NCBI GenBank assembly: GCA_951406725.2
Contig: OX597821.1
Span: forward strand, 116,622,001 to 116,686,000
DNA length: 64,000 nucleotides
Reading direction: 5' to 3'
Source: Octopus vulgaris
Taxonomy: Eukaryota
The notes under the pieces: generated by a model
Told to the model about the DNA's origin: nothing
Database searches by the model: none
The model's input: only the letters and a program-made list of their open reading frames with translations
In this document: piece by piece, positions 12,959 to 27,250 of the stretch
How the letters are laid out: every line of letters starts with the position of its first letter
Position numbering within the stretch: position 1 is the stretch's first letter
Position numbers and translations under genes: made by a program

Positions 12959-15006
12959 ACCTCAGACATGATGAATGGTCAGATTCAAAATGGTGACCTA
13001 TATATTTGTTCTTAGAACATTCCAGCAGATTCCAATGTGAATCGCTTTTAACTTTTATGTGTTTCAGTCATTAGACTGTGGCCATGCTGGGGTACCACCT
13101 TGAAGAATTTTGGTTGAATAAATCAAACCCAATGCTTTTGTGTTTTAAAGTCTGCTATTTATTCTATCAGTCTCTTTGGCCGAACTGCTAAGTTACGAGG
13201 ATGTAAACAGAGCAACACCAGTCGACAAATGGTAGTGGGGGACAAACACTGACACAAAGACATACACACACACACACATATCATCATTAATAGCATCATC
13301 ATCATCAGCATCAGCATCAGCATCATCATCACCATCATCATCATTTAGCGTCTGTTTTCCATGCTAGCAAGGGTAAGATGGTTTAACTGGGTCTGGTAAA
13401 CCAGAGAGCTGCACCAGGCTCCAAACTGTTTTGGTTTGGGTTCTATGGCTGGATGCCCTTCCTAATGCCAACCATTCCACATAAATCCAGAGGAGAAGCA
13501 CACTCTAAGATGTAGAGCAGTAAATATTATAGTGGGACAGGCCGATTTATGGGAGTCACCTTGGATTTCTTGCTCTTAAGGGCTTAAGGCTAAACCTCTT
13601 ATGAGTGAGAAACCCAGGGCAACACCATAAACCAGCCTACCCCCTATATATATATATATATATATTAGGTTAACTGAGTTAAAGGTTAAAATAACTACCT
13701 AAGGGATAGAAGTATCCATTACACTACTGGTATATTACCTATGTTTAACCATGGGCATACATATGCAAGCATATTATGCTCATAAATTATAGGTAAAGAC
13801 AAGGATAAACATGAGTTTATCAAGAATCCAAATTTAAAGAAGACAGAAAATGGAGAAATATCAATGAACAACAATTGACTTACATCAATTATTATTTAAT
13901 TCAATGCAAATAGACTGCATCCCATCTAACAGCTGTTTCTGCTTCCAGTGTTGTATGGTATTACCATTGATATGCTAAAAATATTTATCATATTTGGTAA
14001 TAAGACTGGTGGGTTTATACATGTATGTATGTACGATAAGTGCCTACACATGAGATTCTTGGCCCTTGAGTCACTCTGTTGCTTCTGCTAAATATTACAA
14101 AACATATGAATGTGTGTGTGTGTGTGTATGTGTGTGTGTGTGTGTATGTCCACTACCACTGCTTGACAAGTAATTTGGTAAAAGAGACTGATAAAATAAG
14201 AACCAGGCTTAGAAAAAAAAAGTACTGAGGTTAATTTGTTTAACTAAAATTCTGCAAGGTGATGCTCTAGTAGGGCCACAGTCTAACGACTGAAACAAGT
14301 CAAAGATTGCCTTCACATCACGTGCAAATGAGTGTCACTGTTACACAAGCAGTGACCTTCATTTTCAATCTTCCAAGATACGTCTGGCCATAGGGAAATA
14401 TTGCCATTACTTGGAAATGAGCGAGGGTTGGTGACAGGAAGGACATCCAGCTGTAGAAGATCCACCACAAGAAATTCCATCCAACCCATGCTGACAGGGT
14501 AAAGTGGACGTTAAGATGATGATGATAATGGATCAACATTCTTGACCTGCTTTCTGCTCAGTTGGGGCACCACTTGAAGAATAATTGTCCTCAAACTCAA
14601 CATACAAGGCATGTTTGGGTATTCCTCACATGGTTAGTCCACATTTCTCATTAAAGGAGCATAGGGTTGGTTTCCTGGTTTCTCTCGTGTATATATTCCT
14701 ACCTGGACAGGATGTTGGTCTGTTGCAGAAAGCCTCATTAACTGGAGCAACGTGAAATGACGTGTTTTGCTCAAGAACACAATGCATTGCCCTATCCAGG
14801 AATTGAAACCACAACCTTATAATTACGAGTCCAACACCCTAACCACTAAGCCATGCACTTCCCCTGGGTATCTCCTCAGGCTCTGTATCATTTGTTCATA
14901 TCACAAACAGCAGAATTGATGCTTATCAACTGTGGTTTGGATTCTCATGGTTTTTTCCTTTCTGCCAGTCCTTCATTATTTGGAATGCAGTCTTCCCATC
15001 TGATTT

Positions 15007-15520
15007 AAGGCAGCAAGCTGGCAGAAACATTAGCACGTCAAGCGAAATGCTTAGCGGCATTTCGTTTGTCTTTACATTCTGAGTTCAAATTGCACCGAAG
15101 TTGACTTTGCCTTTCATTCTTTCAAAGGCAGCAAGCTGGCAGAATCGTTAGCACGCCGAGCAAAATGCTTAGTGGTATTCGTTTGTCTTTACATTCTGAG
15201 TTCAAATACCGCTGAGGTTGACTTTGCCTATCATCCTTTCGGGGTCGATTAAATAAGTACCAGATATGCACTGGGGTCGATATGATCGACTTAATCCGTT
15301 TGTCTGTCCTTGTTTGTCCCCTCTGTATGTAGCCCCTTTTGGGCAGTAAAGAAATGGGTATTTCATCTGTCTTTACATTCTGAGTTCAAATTCCACCAAG
15401 GTTGACTTTGCCTTTCATCCTTCTGAGGTCGATAAATTAAGTACCAGTTGCATACTGGGGTTGATCTAATCGACTGGCTCCCTCTCCCAAAATTGCAGAC
15501 CCTGTGCCTAGAGTAGAAAT
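15007..15520 (+). mobile_element. Tandem tRNA-derived SINEs (family B, Deu/Nin-like core)
   Basis: Three partial or complete units: GGCAGCAAGCTGGCAGAA head, GAGTTCAAATT B box and GCCTTTCATCCTTTCGGGGTCGAT core. Confidence 0.8.
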
Positions 15521-16057
15521 GTATTTCCATCTGATGTTCCAAAATCAATCACTATTCTAAGAAAAACATCTTAATCATCATCCAACCATTGCTGTGCAAA
15601 TCAAAACTGCAGGAATCTCGATCCTTCCATTAAAATATTCTAAATTATAATAAAAATTAACATTCTGACATATTGATTCAAACAACATCAATCATATTGC
15701 AGAATATGTTGGCTCCAAGTTTACACACACACACACACGCAAAACCACTAAACACACACATCAAAAAACAAATATACAAATAAGTACATAGTCTGAGAGT
15801 CTACTATATATATATATATGTATATACATTCTTTAATTCTATTATTCTTTTACTTATTTCAGTCATTTGACTGTGGCCATGCTAGAGCACCACCTTTGTC
15901 AAACAAATTGACCCCACAACTTATTCTTTGTAAGCCTAGTACTTATTTTATCACTTCCTTTTGCCGAACCGTTAAGTTACGAGGACGTAAACACACCAAC
16001 ATCAGTTGTCAAGTGATGGTAGGGGACAAACACAGACACACAAATACATACACACAT

Positions 16058-16088
<31 letters not shown>

Positions 16089-16107
16089 TACATACATACA
16101 TGCATAT

Positions 16108-16256
16108 GTACTGGAGTAAGCACATAAATGTGAAACAAGGTGGAAAAAAGAGTACTCAAATACCAGAGGTAGAGTAATATGCTTTATTTAAAAGCAGCAG
16201 AAATATAGCAAAAGCTGTTACTCAGAGTTTCATGTTCTCATTCGTCAGACAGTTTT
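16108..16256 (-). mobile_element. Penelope-like terminal-repeat fragment nested in a family A SINE (15845-16448)
   Basis: Second copy at 11770-11903. Contains an intact minimal hammerhead motif and sits in the SINE's internal CA/TA microsatellite. Confidence 0.65.
16215..16252 (-). ncRNA. Minimal type I hammerhead ribozyme
   Basis: Minus strand reads CTGT-CTGACGA-ATG(AGAA)CAT-GAAA-CTC(T)GAG-TA-ACAG: all core nucleotides, stems I-III and a GUA cleavage triplet. Confidence 0.75.
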
Positions 16257-16983
16257 TAAATAAATACATACATATATATAAATACGAAAGGCTTCTTTCA
16301 GTTTCCATCTACCAAATCCACTCACAAGGCTTTGGTCAGCCCAAGGTTATAGTACAAGATACTTGCCCAGGATGCCACACAGTGAGACTGAACCCAGAAC
16401 CATGTGGTTGAGAAACAAGCTTCTTACTACACAGCTGCTCCTGCACCTATATATATGTGTGTGTATGTGTATTTCTATATCTGCAGCTCTTGGTTGTTCA
16501 AATCAGATATGCAATCTATGTGGGTGTCTTTTCAAAACATTGTCTGGTTTAAAAAGCCACATCAGACGCCATGATGGTGCTAAGGTGTAGGTACAAGAGG
16601 TGGTCAAGCTCTGCATAAGGAGTCGACAACCACCATATATGTATCAATATCTCTGAGTGACCAGTGGTGATTATTTAAACAACAAAGAAGAAACACATAT
16701 TAATTAACACACAATATATACTTTTGGTTAATTAAAATTTTCTCTGCTTCCAAAGAGAGTAGGCCTGTTCCTTAATGGTAATTGGTATCATATCAAAATA
16801 GGAAGGTGAGATTATTTCAAGAATTTACAGAATTGATATGCCATTAAGAAAAAGACAAGAAGGGAGCTCTTGATGTGTGTTTCTGTCTCGGTAGACATCA
16901 TCAGCACAGCATGACTTCCATCTTGTCTTCATCAGCCAAAACTGTTACACATATATGCATTTGCACACACATATATATGTGCA

Positions 16984-17470
<487 letters not shown>

Positions 17471-18186
17471 ATGTCGAACAACTGCTGTCACGTGTGGGAC
17501 GAGTCGGTTTATCAGCTGAGTCTATCGTCAATATTGTCACGCCTCCTTCCTTCAAACGGGAAGGAAGAGCTATTTTCATCATCCTTGTGGCTATGGCGAA
17601 AGAATGTATCTGGTGGACGCGTCTGAAAGGATTGGAGACAAACACTTTCCTCTCTGGTCAATCTCTCATCAACTTCTTCAAGTACCACTTGAAAAGGAAA
17701 GTGAGAGTAGAGAGGCAAGCTTTGTCTAGCGAATGTTTTAAAAAGATGGGTGAATGTAGCAAGAATGGTACGTATGAATGACGAAGCCACCTTGAGCATA
17801 GTCCTATGAACCCAGAAATCGAAAACAGAGAGTTGCTTATTTGCAAAAAAAAAAAAAAAAGAAATATAAAATGTGACATCATTGACCGAGGTTACCGTGG
17901 TCTTTTCCGTAGGCTTTTCTTTGCACGGGTAAACCTCACCTGTCCTCCCCTTTACACTTCATATTGACATTTCTGTGATAACGATCCCTATTGATCAATT
18001 TTTTTCCTCCCCCCTTTTTTTAAACCCCCCTTTTTTTTGTCCTCTTTCTCTCCTTTTACGATCCCTTTTGATCGAAACTCCCCTTCCTTTTTTTTTTTTT
18101 TTTTTTTTCTTAAACCTTCAAAAGAAAAGCTCTACCTTGTAATTTGTTCTATCTGTGTGCAGCCCTGTGTGGCTAATAAAGAAACA
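17471..18186 (+). mobile_element. L1/Tx1-like LINE 3' fragment inserted in (TCTA)n
   Basis: Open frame [10 protein letters not shown]...FIILVAMAKECIWWTRLK...FFKYHLKRKVRVER resembles the Tx1/L1 ORF2 C-terminus (AK..IW..R). T-rich 3'UTR, AATAAA at 18175-18180, TCTA repeats on both sides. Confidence 0.65.
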
Positions 18187-18219
<33 letters not shown>

Positions 18220-18249
18220 GTCTATCTATTTATCTAGCTAGCTAGCTTT

Positions 18250-18718
18250 CTTTGTTTCTTTCTTATTTCTATTTTTCTATCTATCTAGCTATCTTCCTTT
18301 CTTTCTATCTTTCTTTCTTTCTTCCTTTCTATCCTTCTTTCTTTCTTCCTTTCTATCCTTCTTTCTTTCTTTCTTTCTTCCTTTCTATCCTTCTTTCTTT
18401 CTTCCTTTCTATCCTTCTTTCTTTCTTTCTTTCTTCCTTTCTATCCTTCTTTCTTCCTTTCTATCCTTCTTTCTTTCTTTCTTTCTTCCTTTCTATCCTT
18501 CTTTCTTTCTTCCTTTCTATCCTTCTTTCTTTCTTTCTTTCTTCCTTTCTATCCTTTTTCTTTCTTCCTTTCTATCCTTCTTTCTTTCTTTCTTTCTTTC
18601 TATCCTTCTTTCTTTCTTCCTTTCTATCCTTCTTTCTTTCTTTCTTTCTTCCTTTCTATCCTTCTTTCTTTCTTCCTTTCTATCCTTCTTTCTTTCTTTC
18701 TTTCTTCCTTTCTATCCT

Positions 18719-18749
<31 letters not shown>

Positions 18750-18752
18750 ATC
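18250..18752. repeat. ~500-bp pyrimidine-rich compound tetranucleotide repeat (TTTC/TTCC/TATC)
   Basis: Direct inspection. Confidence 0.9.
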
Positions 18753-19463
18753 TAATATATAAATATATACACACACAACAAACACACATTTATCATACAT
18801 ATTTATACTGAAATTCACACTCACATATTTATGTATAGATATCTCCTTCTATGATTATGTTTGTGCAAACGCACACACACACACATTCTAACCCCTCCTC
18901 CCCTGTATCTCCAAAAGAAGTTGTCTTTTTCCCCCCTTTTTTACTACATTACCTCTTTTCCTTGTCAGATTTTTTTCACTTTGTCATTCATAAAGTTTCT
19001 CTTTTCTTACTCCTGCTTTTTCTCTCCCTGTTTTTTTAATTTTTCTTCCTACATCATTATATATATAATATATACACAAATACATAATACATATATTTCT
19101 ATCAATTATTGTTACTTCATCTACACCCATATCTCTTACTGCTTGATATTTTAATACAAATCCTCTGATTCCATTTATATTTCTCTGTTATTTAGCAACT
19201 ACAGAAAAATTTGGCAAAAATGGTTTCGCATACATCTGATCTGGGCAAATCTAGAGACTACCTTTAAAAATACTCAAATATTTCTCTTTTCCTTAATCCA
19301 CTTTACTTTCGATGCACTTTCTTTTTTCTTTTTATTCTTCATAAAATTCATATTTGTTGACTTTTAAATATTTTCTCTCGTTTTTGTCAGTTTTCTGCTT
19401 CTTTTGGCAATTTGCTAATCTTACTGGTTCTTTTTCGTTCTGTATATGGCCATATCTGACTCC

Positions 19464-20152
19464 TGGTGGTGGTGGTGGTGGTTGAGGTGGTGGTTGAGGT
19501 GGTGGTTGTGATGGTGGTGGTATGGTGGTAGTAGTGGTAGTAGTGTTGGAGGTTGTGGTGGTGGTGGTGGTGGTGGTAGTGATAGTATTGATGTTAGTGA
19601 TGGTGATGATGGTGGTGGTGGCAGTTGTGGTGGTGGCAGTTGTGGTGGTGGTGGCAGTATTGTTGGTGGTGGTGGTGGCAATGTTGGTGGTAGTGGTAGT
19701 GGTGGTGGTGGTAGTGGTAGTGGTGGTGGTGGTTGGTGGTAGTGGTAACAGTAATGGTGATGTTGGTGATGGTGATGGTGATGGTAGTGGTGTTGACAGT
19801 GTTGGTGGTGGTGGTGGTGGTGGTGGTGGTGCAGAGTAATGATGCTCCTAAAACTACTCTCAACCTCACAAGTTACTAATGTTACAACACATAACAGTCT
19901 CACCATTACTGTGTTTCTTACTGTCCTTATCACCACCACCACCACCACCACCACCACCACCGCCACCATCTCAACCGCCACCACCACCACCACCACCACC
20001 ACCACCACCACCACCACCACCAGTATTGTCTCTACCACTGCTACCATTGCCAAAAGCATCATCATCGCACTTTACCATCACAACCACCACCACCACCTAA
20101 AACAGCAGCACCACCACCACGGCCACTACCACCACCACCACGACCACCGCCA
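19464..20152. repeat. (GGT)n-rich tract followed by an oppositely oriented (ACC)n-rich tract
   Basis: GGT-rich 19464-19830, unique spacer, ACC-rich 19930-20152. The same layout occurs at 378-1080. Confidence 0.85.
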
Positions 20153-20337
20153 CTTTCACTTTACTCTACCATTACTCTTTGACTATCTTTAAAGAAAAGG
20201 AAGCACTGAATTTTCCACCAAACACACGCCTACACATACACCCCCACACGCACATACACACACCTCCACACTTGTATACGCATACGCATTTGTCAACATT
20301 AAGCACACACACGTGCAAACAAATGCACACAATTCCG

Positions 20338-20397
<60 letters not shown>

Positions 20398-20760
20398 TGA
20401 ACAGACATCAAAAATAATACGTAAAAAAAAGAATTTACATCCAGAAATGAAAGAAAAAAACATCACCAATGTACATAACACACATACACAACATAGCAAA
20501 CACACACACATTCACATGTATGCATAAATACACACATACATATATATATATATATGTATATATATTTATATACATATATATATATATGCATATATATTTA
20601 TATACATATATATATACATGTATATATTTATATATATATATATATATACACACACATATATATTCACATATATTCATATATTCATATATATAACATATAC
20701 ATATATGTGTGTGTATGTGTGTGTTTATGCGTGTGTATACATCTATATATATGTGTATGC

Positions 20761-20799
<39 letters not shown>

Positions 20800-20944
20800 G
20801 ACCAACCTAACATAAACATATTCACACCTACACATACTCAGACATATCATTAATAACACTTAAAAGACACCTAAAAAATATACCTTCATACACACATACA
20901 TATACACACACACACATTTCATAGACATACATACATACATACAT

Positions 20945-20975
<31 letters not shown>

Positions 20976-21098
20976 TACATACATACATAGACATACCCAT
21001 AGACATACATACATACATACATACATACATACATACATACATACATACATACATACATGCATACACACATACACAATACACGTATAAAAAATACACAC

Positions 21099-21224
21099 AT
21101 GGTTCTGGGTTCAGTCCTACTGCATGGCACCTTGGTCAAGTGTCTTCTACTTTCGCCTCAGGCCGGCCAAAGCTTGTGAGTGGATTTGGTTGACGGAAAC
21201 TGAAAGAAGCCTGTCGTATCACTC

Positions 21225-21300
<76 letters not shown>

Positions 21301-21530
21301 ATATGTATGTATGTATATATGTATGTGTCTGTGTTTGTCCCTCCCCCATCGCTTGACAACCGATGTTGGTGTGTTTATAATCTCCGTAACTTAGCAGTTC
21401 GGCAAAAGAGACTGATAGAATAAGTACTAGGCTTATGAAGAATACATCCTGGAGTCGATTTTTTCGATTAAGGCGGTGCTCCAGTATGGCCACAGTCAAA
21501 TGACTGAAACATGTAAAAGAATAAAAGAAT
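21099..21530 (+). mobile_element. tRNA-derived SINE family A (5'-truncated)
   Basis: Matches the copies at 23297 and 38977; internal (TA)n tract. Confidence 0.8.
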
Positions 21531-22065
21531 ACATGTATAAAATACACATACACACATATAACAAAAACTTCATACACACACATACATATGATATATCAAT
21601 CACACACATAATATAACACAAATGAACACATACATACACAATACACACACAAAATTCACACACTGTTATATAAAATATACATACACACGTAAACATACAA
21701 CAAACACGCATACAGACAGACATGTATAAACACAACATACACATCCACAAATATATATATTACACAACACACACACACACACACACACGCACACACACAC
21801 ACACATGCATGCATGCATGTGTGCACATGTGGCACGCTAAAAGATGATCAATACAAACCACTTTTAGATGAAGATGGAGCAGAATCTGGAAACTGAACTC
21901 CCACGAATAATATACACATACGCCTACGCACACAAACACACCTGCACGCATGCAGACACACCTACACACAAAAACACTTCCACATACACGCACACACATG
22001 CGCACACACACATCCATATGAACACATGAACACATACAAAATACAACACAAATAGAATTAAGTTC

Positions 22066-22106
<41 letters not shown>

Positions 22107-22277
22107 TATATTATTTATTATATATATAAATATATATATGTGTGTATATATGTATATATATATATATATGTATATAAATATACATATATGTTTATATCTA
22201 ACGTACATACATAAGTGTACACCTATATATACACCTATATACTGTCCATCTACGAATACATGTATACCTATACACTA

Positions 22278-22334
<57 letters not shown>

Positions 22335-22466
22335 CACCCACACACTTCTGTAAGATTAAGGTTTACAAAGAATATATTTATGTATGCATATATGTGTATA
22401 TACATTCATAAATAAATATATATACATAATATATATATGTATGTATGCATGTATGTATGTGCGGGT

Positions 22467-22507
<41 letters not shown>

Positions 22508-22753
22508 TATATGGAGAAAGAGAGAGAGAGATGCAACCCCCACCCACACACACACACACACTGACACCCACACACACACACGCACACACACACACACACA
22601 CTGACACCCACACATTTCTCTAAGATTAAGATTTACCAAGTATATATTTATGTGTCTGTGTATGTGTATATATATTCATAAATAAATATATATAGATAAC
22701 ATATGCGTATATATACATATATATATATATATATATACACATATGCATGTATG

Positions 22754-22887
<134 letters not shown>

Positions 22888-23296
22888 TATAGATAGATAG
22901 ATATACATACATATATATATACACACATACACATATATATATGGATGGAAAGAGAGAGATGCACACACAAACACACACACACACACATATCAGATACACG
23001 CATACACCAAACGTACATAAACACTCAAACACAGACACGTGTATAAACACAGTGATAAGCCAAAAAAAATCATATTTTCATTTTTTTCATTAGTTTTAGT
23101 TATTTGACTAAGACCATGCTGGAGCACCTACTACTTCTACTATATAAATTGTTCACATAGACATCAAGCACTTCAGTTATTGAGTGAAATAAATTGCAAA
23201 GCCAACCAATTACAGGGGAAGGAGTTTGAACACAGAAAGTAGCTAAAGACTAATAGATACTTTATCTGAAGTTCTACCAAAATTTTCTTACCTATA

Positions 23297-23712
23297 GGTT
23301 GCAGGAGTGGCTGTGTGGTAAGTAGCTTGCTTACCAGCCTCATGGTTCCAAGTTCAGTCCCAATGTGTGGAACCTTGGGCAAGTGTCTTTTACTATACCC
23401 TTGGGCCAACCAAAGCCTTGTGAGTGGATTTGGTAGACGGAAACTGAAAGAAGCCCATTGTATATGTATATATATATATATATGTGTGTGTGTGTGAGTG
23501 TTTGTATGTCTGTGTTTGTCCCTACCACCTTCACATGACAACTGATGTTGGTGTGTTTACATCCCTGTAACTTAGCGGTTCGGCAAAAAGATATTGATAG
23601 AATAAGTACTAGGCTTACAAAGAATAAATCCTGGGGTTGATTTGTTTGACTAAAGGCAGTGCTCCAGCATGGCTGCAGTCAAAAGACTGAAACAAATAAA
23701 AGAAAAAAAAAA
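23297..23712 (+). mobile_element. tRNA-derived SINE family A (CORE-like CCTTGGGCAAGT), full length
   Basis: A box TGGCTGTGTGG, B-box-like GTTCAGTCC, internal TA/TG microsatellite, ends ...GACTGAAACAAATAAAAGAA. More than 10 related copies or fragments in the window. Confidence 0.85.
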
Positions 23713-23790
23713 GAAGCTTCTTGACCTATATATTTATCAATCTACATACATGCATGTGTGTGTGTGTGTAGGTACACACATACATACATA

Positions 23791-23832
<42 letters not shown>

Positions 23833-23839
23833 TACACAC

Positions 23840-24859
23840 TCACAAACACACACATACACACACCTATGCACACAGGGCCTCACAGAGGAAATGACGAAGA
23901 CTGAGACCTCTGAGATATGCTGTGAAGACCCGACAAATGAAGTGAGTTCATGGCTCGCAGGATGGCCTCCTGTGCTAACCTTGGACCGTAGAGTGACCCG
24001 CTGTTCTTGAGGAGACCTACTGAGTCAAGTACGTCAACACCAACATCAAAATAATAATCAAATGGAAATTGTAGTTGTGATGCCCATGCCAGTTGACATG
24101 TAAAATGCCCCGTCCGAATGTGGCAGATACCAGCGCCACCTGACTGGCATCCGTGTTGGTGACACATAAAAGCACCAACCGACGTGGCCGTTTGCCAGCC
24201 TCGTCTGGCCCCTGTGCCGGTGGCATGTAAAAGCACCCACTACACTCATGTAGTGGTTGGTGTTAGGAAGGGCATCCAGCTGTAGAAACACTGCCACATC
24301 AGACTGGAGCCAAGTGCAGCCTCCTGGCTTCCCAGACCCTGGTCGAACCGTCCAACCTATGCTAGAATGGAAAACAGACGTTAAACAATGATGATGATGA
24401 TGATGATCAATGAATGAATGACAAAAGAGGAGTTACATAATCACTTTCATTAGCTTACAGCTGTTTCTGCTGTAAGAAGCAATGCATTCAGAGTTGAGTG
24501 GTTGTGCAACATCTCATAGCTTCTTTGAAGCCAATAAAATAAAGTGTATCATTTGTATGTAATACATATGAATAAATAATTTATATATATACATATATAT
24601 ATATATACATATCACCATAGCAAGTGTTTGAGACTAGTGAACTTGAATAATGATTATAATAATAATAATAATGGTTTCAAATTTTGGCATAAAGCCAGCA
24701 ATTTTAGGGGGATGGGTAGTCGATTACATCGATGAACTGTTATTTATTTTATTGAACCAAACAAGATGCCAGCTTGCCAATAAAATTAGTAATAATAATA
24801 ATAATAATAACAACAACAACGACGACGACGACGATGATGATGATAATAATCCTTTCTAC
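23840..24859 (+). repeat. Left arm of a ~1.02-kb inverted duplication
   Basis: Reverse complement of 27251-28279 with few differences; spans several unrelated repeat pieces and their junctions. Confidence 0.93.
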
Positions 24860-25009
24860 AAGGCTTTCGTCAGCCCAAGGATATAGTAGCAGACACTTGC
24901 CCAAGGTGTCCCGCAGTGGGACTGAACCCAGAACCATGTGCTTGGTAAGCAAGCTATTTACCACACAGCTATTCCTGCACCTACATAAATAAATATATAT
25001 ATATATCTG

Positions 25010-27148
25010 GAATTCTGTGATGCATGTAACCTTTTAATCTGCAACACTAACTACAGGAAGCCAGACAGCCACCTTATAATCTATCAATCAGGGGACTCCG
25101 CTAGCCAGATTGATTTTATCCTTACCAGACAGCAGGAGGTAGGGCTGCTCTTAAATACAAAGACCCTTCAGCATAGGCTAGTCATTAGTGACTTTAGGCT
25201 GGAGGCCAGAAGGATACCAAGAAGCAGACCAATCCTAAAAAGAAAAATTTGGAATCTAAAGAACCTTTCATATGGTCAGAGATTTAGGGACATCCCTATC
25301 AAGAAATTTGATGAGAGGGAGGAGGAGCTACAGACATCGGGCATAGAAGGTAGCTGGAAATTCCTACGGGACAGCTTACTGAGTGCCACAGACCAAATCT
25401 GCAGATGGTGCAAAGTCCCTTCCAGGCCTAGAGATATGAGGTGGTGGAATAGTACGATAAACAAAGCCATTAGAGCAAAGAAACAGGCCTAGAAAGACTG
25501 GAAGGGTGGGGGTTGCAGGGAACTGTACCAGGTAGCTAAAAGGGTGGTTGGGTGGCAGGTATACATAGCCAAGGGCGAAGCAGAAAAGAAGAAGTTTGCC
25601 AGAAAAGAAGTTTGATGGGAGGACCAAAGAACAGAAAAGAAGTTTGATGGGAGGACCAAAGAACAGAAAAGAAGTTTGATGGGAGGACCAAAGAACAGAA
25701 AAGAAGTTTGATGGGAGGACCAAAGAACTGAAGTATTTTGGATTGCAAGACAATGTGTGAGAGAAAATTGTGTGAGAGAAAATTGAGAAATGTGTCCGAA
25801 TGGATGATGGTGCACTTGCTTTTAATGATTCTGAAAAGGAAGAGGCTTGGAGAAGCCATTATGAAAGACTGCTGAACGTGGAGAATGAATGGGAGGAGAA
25901 CCTGCCAAATGTTGACCCAGTAGAGGGACCAGCTATCCCAATAGACAGCTCCCTAGTAGATAAAGCAATTAAGGGTATGAAGCCAGGAAAAGCCCCCGGC
26001 CCATCAGGAATCACTGCTGAGATGCTTAAAAAATCTGGTGGTGTGAGCTATGGCCTAGTCACCAGCATTGAAAACCAGGTAGTTCATGATGGAGTCATAC
26101 CCATAGACAGGCATAGCAGCACCATAGTCAACTGCTACAAGGGTAAAGGTGATGCTCTAGATAGAAATAACTACAGGGGTATCAAAGTGCTGGATCAGGT
26201 GATGAAAGTCAGGGAGAGGGTCATAGCCCATCTCATCAGGGAGAGAGTCTGCTTAGATGAGATGCAGTTCGGTTTTGTGCTGGGTAGAAGCACCACTGAT
26301 GCCATATTCCTGGTTTGACAACTGCAGGAGAAATACCTAGCTAAAGATAAACCCCTATACTTAGCTTTTGTGGACTTGGAGAAAGCCTTTGACAGGGTCC
26401 CTCATTCCCTTATCTGGTGGAGGATGCGGAAACTGGAGGTTGAAGAATGGTTAATAAGGGCTGTACAGGCCCTATACAGAGAGGCTGTTAGTAAGGTTAG
26501 GATTGGCAATGAGTATAGTGAAAAATTCCGGGTAGAAGTAGGTGTCCACCAAGGTTCAGCCCTCAGTCCTCTTTTATTCATCATATCCTCCAAGCAATAA
26601 CAGAGGAATTCAAGACAGGTTGCCTCTAGGAGCTCCTCTATGCTGATGACCTGGCCCTCATAGCAGAATCACTACCGGAAGTAGAAAAGAAATTCTGGGT
26701 GTGGGAGCAAGGTTTAGAATCAAAAGGCCTTAGAGTCAATGTAGCAAAGACCAAAGTTCTAGTAAGTAGGAAGGCAAACTCATCACACACCCACTCAGAA
26801 AGGTGGCCCTGCTCGATCTGCAGAAAAGGTGTGGGTAGAAACTCTATTAGATGTACCCAGTGTAAGCTATGGACACATAAGAGATGCAGCACCATCAAAG
26901 GAAGATTAACCCTTTCATTACTGTATTTATTTTGAGATGCTCTGTTTCTTGCAATTATTTTAAATATAACAAAAAGAATTTAGTAAAATACCTTAGTTAT
27001 CATTCACATAGTGTTAGCAACATAAATTGTGACTAAGGTTTGGTGGAAGATTTTAACTCAAAACTTATAAAAACAAGACATTTTACCACAGAGCCAGAGC
27101 TGGTTTTGGCCGGGTTAGTAACAAAAGGGTTAACTGAGAAGATAGCTT
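25010..27148 (+). mobile_element. Degenerate RTE LINE (endonuclease C-terminus to RT) with stops and frameshifts
   Basis: IDFIL..QHRLV endonuclease end, KAPGPSG, NYRGIK, QFGF..STTDAIF, DLEKAFDRVP and YADD motifs. Internal 32-bp unit x4 at 25601-25728. Interrupted by the MITE at 26910-27129. Confidence 0.92.
26910..27129. mobile_element. piggyBac-like MITE (220 bp)
   Basis: TTAA TSD at 26906-26909 and 27130-27133; CCCTTT...AAAGGG termini. The RTE sequence resumes exactly after the TSD. Confidence 0.85.
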
Positions 27149-27250
27149 TGCCTTTCATCCTTTTGGGGTCGATAAAATAAGTACCAGTTGAATACTGGAG
27201 TCGATGTGATCAACTAGCCCCTATTTCAAATTTCAGTGCATGTGACTTTA

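Noticed and set aside
16490-16590. Single C2H2-like peptide CNLCGCLFKTLSGLKSHIRRH
   Set aside because: Isolated finger followed by a stop, typical of LINE ORF C-termini; not supportable as a zinc-finger gene.
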